Below, one piece after another: positions 60,661 to 64,000 of a stretch of 64,000 bases of DNA. How positions within the stretch are numbered: the stretch's first letter is position 1; each line of letters begins with the position of its first letter. A model generated the notes under the pieces. It worked only from the letters and a program-made list of their open reading frames with translations. It was not told the origin of the DNA and did not search any database. Both the position numbers and the translations under genes were made by a program. This DNA comes from a bacterium. Lineage in GTDB: Bacteria; Electryoneota; JAOADG01. The stretch is from NCBI GenBank assembly GCA_963681965.1, contig OY820579.1, forward strand, positions 2,688,001-2,752,000. Direction: 5' to 3'.

Positions 60661-63600
60661 ATGAAATTATCCGATGTATCGATCGAACGCCCGGTATTTG
60701 CCACGATGATGGTGTTAGCACTCGTCGTGCTGGGGTTGTTCTCCTACATAAAACTTAGTATCGATCAATATCCGAACGTCGATTTCCCGTTTGTTACGAT
60801 TACTACGATTCTTGCTGGGGCAGGTCCGGAACAAATGGAAACCGAAGTAACAAAGAAGGTTGAAGATGCCGCCAATACTGTGGAAGGTGTTAACCATATT
60901 ACATCTTATTCGCAGGAAGGGGTATCGATCGTCGTAATCGAATTCAAATTGGAAATCGATGGTCGTTCGGCGACACAAGATGTCCGCGATAAAGTCGCAG
61001 CGATTCGCGCTGATATGCCGGATGGTATCGAGGATCCGATCATTCAGCGATTCGACCCTGCCAGTCAACCAATTTTCTCGTTAACGGTATCGGGCAAGCG
61101 ACCGGAGAAAGAGATTACGACTTACACCCGTGACGTTATCAAGAAACGCGTCGAGAACGTTCCCGGTGTTGGTAATGTCGAAGTTGTCGGTGGTGCGGAA
61201 CGTGAAGTTAATATCGAGGTTGATGCTGTCAAATTGCAGGCGTATAAGCTATCCATTCAAGATGTCATCACGGCAATCTCGATATCCAATATGGAAGTAC
61301 CTGCGGGAAGTTTGATTCAAGGCAAGCGACAAATTCTGCTCCGAACCATCGGAAAATTCAAGAATGTCGTTGACTTTAATAAAGTCATCGTTACTTCACC
61401 GGGTGGCAAACCGGTTTATTTATCTGATGTCGCACGTGTAGTAGACGGTGTGAAGGAACGAACGAGCTTGACCCGATATAATGGGATTTCGGCAGTCAGT
61501 CTGGAAATCAAGAAGCAGTCCGGTGGTAACACGGTTGAAGTCGCCGACGCAATTCGAAAGCAGTTTGCTAAAATTCAGCAAGAGCTACCAGCCGATTTGA
61601 CGATCAGTATTGCCCGAGATAATAGTACCCGTATTCGCGATTCAGTAAACGATGTGTTATTCGACATTTTCTATGGTGGTTTTCTGGCAGTCGTAGTAGT
61701 ATTCCTGTTCCTTGCCAATATGCGAGCCACGATCATCAGTGCGATTGCGCTACCGACATCGATTATCGCAAGCTTCATCGTAATGTATGCGCTCAATTTT
61801 ACGTTGAATATGATGTCGTTGCTGGCACTTTCGCTCGCAGTCGGTCTGCTGATCGACGATGCCATCGTGGTGATCGAAAACATCTATCGTCACATGAAGA
61901 TGGGGAAGGATTCGATACAAGCGGCGAAAGATGCTACAGCCGAAATCGGTCTTGCGGTAATGGCTACGACGTTCACTATTGTCGCGGTATTTGTTCCGGT
62001 AGCATTTATTCCCGGACTGATTGGTCGTTTCTTCTTCCAATTTGGTATCACTGTTTCGGTTTCAGTTTTGGTCTCGTTATTCGTCGCATTTACCCTTACA
62101 CCGATGCTCTCGTCGCGCTGGCTGGATAAAGAAGACGAAGAGTATGATCCCAAAAAAGCCGGAATATTAAAACGCTTCCTGCACTGGTTCAATCATCAGT
62201 TCGAGGTGTTAAGCGAGCGCTACAAAGGGGCAATTCGCTGGTCGTTGACCCGTCGATTTACTGTTCTTTTTGGTGCTATCGCAGTTTTCTTTCTCAGTCT
62301 TTTCTGCATCCGATTTCTTGGAACTTCGTTCTTCCCATCTTCGGATGAAAGCGAATTCACCATGAATGTGCAATCGGCTCCGGGAAGTTCGCTCGAACAG
62401 ACCAGCGATCTGTGTCAACGGATCGAGAAACTATTGAATGAACGAAAAGAAGTTACCAGCATCCTGACAACGATTGGTGCCGGTAATGATCCTGTCACCA
62501 AGGCGTCAATTCTTGTGAAAGTCGTCAAGAAAAAGGACCGTGATAAATCGACTGAACAGATTTCAGATGAAATCCGCAAGATCGTAACCCAAGTCCCAGG
62601 CGCAACTGTAGACTTTACTACTTCGCACGGTCCTGGTGGTGCGCAGAAGATGTATGCGATGAGTATTCGCGGACCGAATATCGATACCTTGAAAATTCTC
62701 TCAGATAAGGTTGAGAAGATCGTTCGACAGACCAAGGGAACGGTTGACATTTCAAATAGTCTCACATTGTCGAAGCCGGAATATCGAATTCGTATCGATC
62801 GCGATCGAGCATCCGAACTCGGGTTGAATGTTGCGTCGATTGCTTCGAGTGTCCGAGCGATGGTCGATGGCGCAGTCGCTTCGCAGTATCAAGAAGGGGA
62901 CGAGCAGTACGACGTCCGCGTGCGATTGGCGAAGAAGGATCGAACCTGGCTTGAAGATATTCGCAATCTCGCGATCAAAGGGAACAAGGACGATGCCGCC
63001 AAGCAGAAGATCGTTGTTCCGGTCGGATATGTCGCCAGTGTCGATCAAGCTGTTGGTCCATCGAAGATCGACCGGTACGACCGTCAGCGGGAAATCCGCG
63101 TAGAAGCGAACCTGCTGGGACGTCAGTTGGGTGAAGTCATGGCGGACGTTCAGAAGGAAACCGCCAAAATACAGTTACCGGTTGGCTACACAATGGGTGT
63201 GGTCGGTATGGGAGAGATGCAGAAGGAATCGTTCAGTAATATTCTTCTCTCGCTCTTCCTTGCGATCATCTTTGTCTACATTGTGCTGGCGGCACAGTTC
63301 GAGAGTTTCACTTATCCCTTCGCAATCATGTTCGCGTTGCCGATGTCATTAATTGGTGCCGTGATTGCGTTAATCATCTTCCACAGTGCCTTGTCGGTGA
63401 TGTCGTTGATTGGCATTATCATGCTCATGGGTTTGGTGACCAAGAATGGTATTCTTTTAGTCGACTACACGAATACTTTACGTGGACATGGACATTCGCG
63501 AACCGAAGCGCTGATACAGGCTGGAGCCACACGATTACGCCCGATCCTGATGACAACCTTTGCCATGATTTTCGGTATGGTTCCGGTTGCGTTTGCCATG

Positions 63601-63762
63601 GGGGAAGGGAGCGAATTTCGCTCGCCGATGGGGCAGGCTGTCATCGGTGGGTTGATCACCTCGACCTTCCTGACGCTGTTCATCGTTCCGGTCGTTTACT
63701 CTTTGATCGACGATTTCACCTGGAAAAAACTGTTCCGAAAATTACATCTCGTTAAGAGTTAG
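60661..63762 (+). CDS. RND efflux permease (AcrB/SwrC-like)
   Basis: [32 protein letters not shown] and RLRPILMTT. Confidence 0.96.
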   Translation: MKLSDVSIERPVFATMMVLALVVLGLFSYIKLSIDQYPNVDFPFVTITTILAGAGPEQMETEVTKKVEDAANTVEGVNHITSYSQEGVSIVVIEFKLEIDGRSATQDVRDKVAAIRADMPDGIEDPIIQRFDPASQPIFSLTVSGKRPEKEITTYTRDVIKKRVENVPGVGNVEVVGGAEREVNIEVDAVKLQAYKLSIQDVITAISISNMEVPAGSLIQGKRQILLRTIGKFKNVVDFNKVIVTSPGGKPVYLSDVARVVDGVKERTSLTRYNGISAVSLEIKKQSGGNTVEVADAIRKQFAKIQQELPADLTISIARDNSTRIRDSVNDVLFDIFYGGFLAVVVVFLFLANMRATIISAIALPTSIIASFIVMYALNFTLNMMSLLALSLAVGLLIDDAIVVIENIYRHMKMGKDSIQAAKDATAEIGLAVMATTFTIVAVFVPVAFIPGLIGRFFFQFGITVSVSVLVSLFVAFTLTPMLSSRWLDKEDEEYDPKKAGILKRFLHWFNHQFEVLSERYKGAIRWSLTRRFTVLFGAIAVFFLSLFCIRFLGTSFFPSSDESEFTMNVQSAPGSSLEQTSDLCQRIEKLLNERKEVTSILTTIGAGNDPVTKASILVKVVKKKDRDKSTEQISDEIRKIVTQVPGATVDFTTSHGPGGAQKMYAMSIRGPNIDTLKILSDKVEKIVRQTKGTVDISNSLTLSKPEYRIRIDRDRASELGLNVASIASSVRAMVDGAVASQYQEGDEQYDVRVRLAKKDRTWLEDIRNLAIKGNKDDAAKQKIVVPVGYVASVDQAVGPSKIDRYDRQREIRVEANLLGRQLGEVMADVQKETAKIQLPVGYTMGVVGMGEMQKESFSNILLSLFLAIIFVYIVLAAQFESFTYPFAIMFALPMSLIGAVIALIIFHSALSVMSLIGIIMLMGLVTKNGILLVDYTNTLRGHGHSRTEALIQAGATRLRPILMTTFAMIFGMVPVAFAMGEGSEFRSPMGQAVIGGLITSTFLTLFIVPVVYSLIDDFTWKKLFRKLHLVKS

Positions 63763-63793
63763 GATATAGCCAGATTGAGTGGAAAATTATGAG

Positions 63794-63829
63794 AAAACGG
63801 GCGGTAGTGAGGGCTATCGTCCGTTTTTT
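63794..63829 (+). terminator. Intrinsic terminator after the RND operon
   Basis: AAAACGGGCGGTAG / CTATCGTCCGTTTT stem with G-U pairs, followed by a T-run. Confidence 0.8.
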
Positions 63830-63937
63830 GTTACTATTAGTTCTTCGTTTACAATAACTTCAAATAATATTGGAAATTGGTATTGTCATTTGATCATAAT
63901 AAACATCAATTGATATTTTATGATTAAAGGAGAGAAT

Positions 63938-64000
63938 ATGATGACACGATTTTTAATCGCTTGCGGATTTATTCTTCTGGCATACTTGATTTTAGCAGGG
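63938..64000 (+). CDS. 5' end of a secreted protein or lipoprotein gene running off the window
   Basis: AAGGAG RBS, then MMTRFLIACGFILLAYLILAG (signal-peptide-like). Confidence 0.6.
   Translation, partial: MMTRFLIACGFILLAYLILAG

Overview
This 64 kb bacterial window probably comes from an FCB-superphylum lineage; that is an inference from a T9SS/Por-type C-terminal domain and Bacteroidota-like surface proteins. From left to right it holds: nested IS3-family ends truncating an ECF sigma / ZAS anti-sigma / TPR operon; a complete kdpFABCDE locus; a ~3,260 aa beta-helix/Ig surface protein next to a soluble TPR-HK-REC-AraC hybrid regulator; a BACON/LamG protein; and rsgA behind a putative leader-peptide attenuator. 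Next come two paralogous two-gene modules (beta-helix protein + EYFxDxDPG-repeat protein) flanking a GH29/DUF4838/GH3 operon, and two intact IS3-family elements, one of which splits a LamG lipoprotein gene. The right part has an MFS transporter, a cyclase-STAND-TPR protein, qNor with an FNR-type box, a large S8 protease and a TetR/TolC/MFP/RND efflux operon. The best candidate for an undescribed system has two parts. (1) The repeat proteins look like scaffolds of Ig domains lacking their first two strands, which the partner's C-terminal two-strand tail could supply. (2) Four secreted proteins share one C-terminal ~80 aa FN3-like 'YYRV' domain that may be an alternative sorting or anchoring signal. 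I found no rRNA, tRNA or CRISPR array. All calls were made by eye, without database searches.
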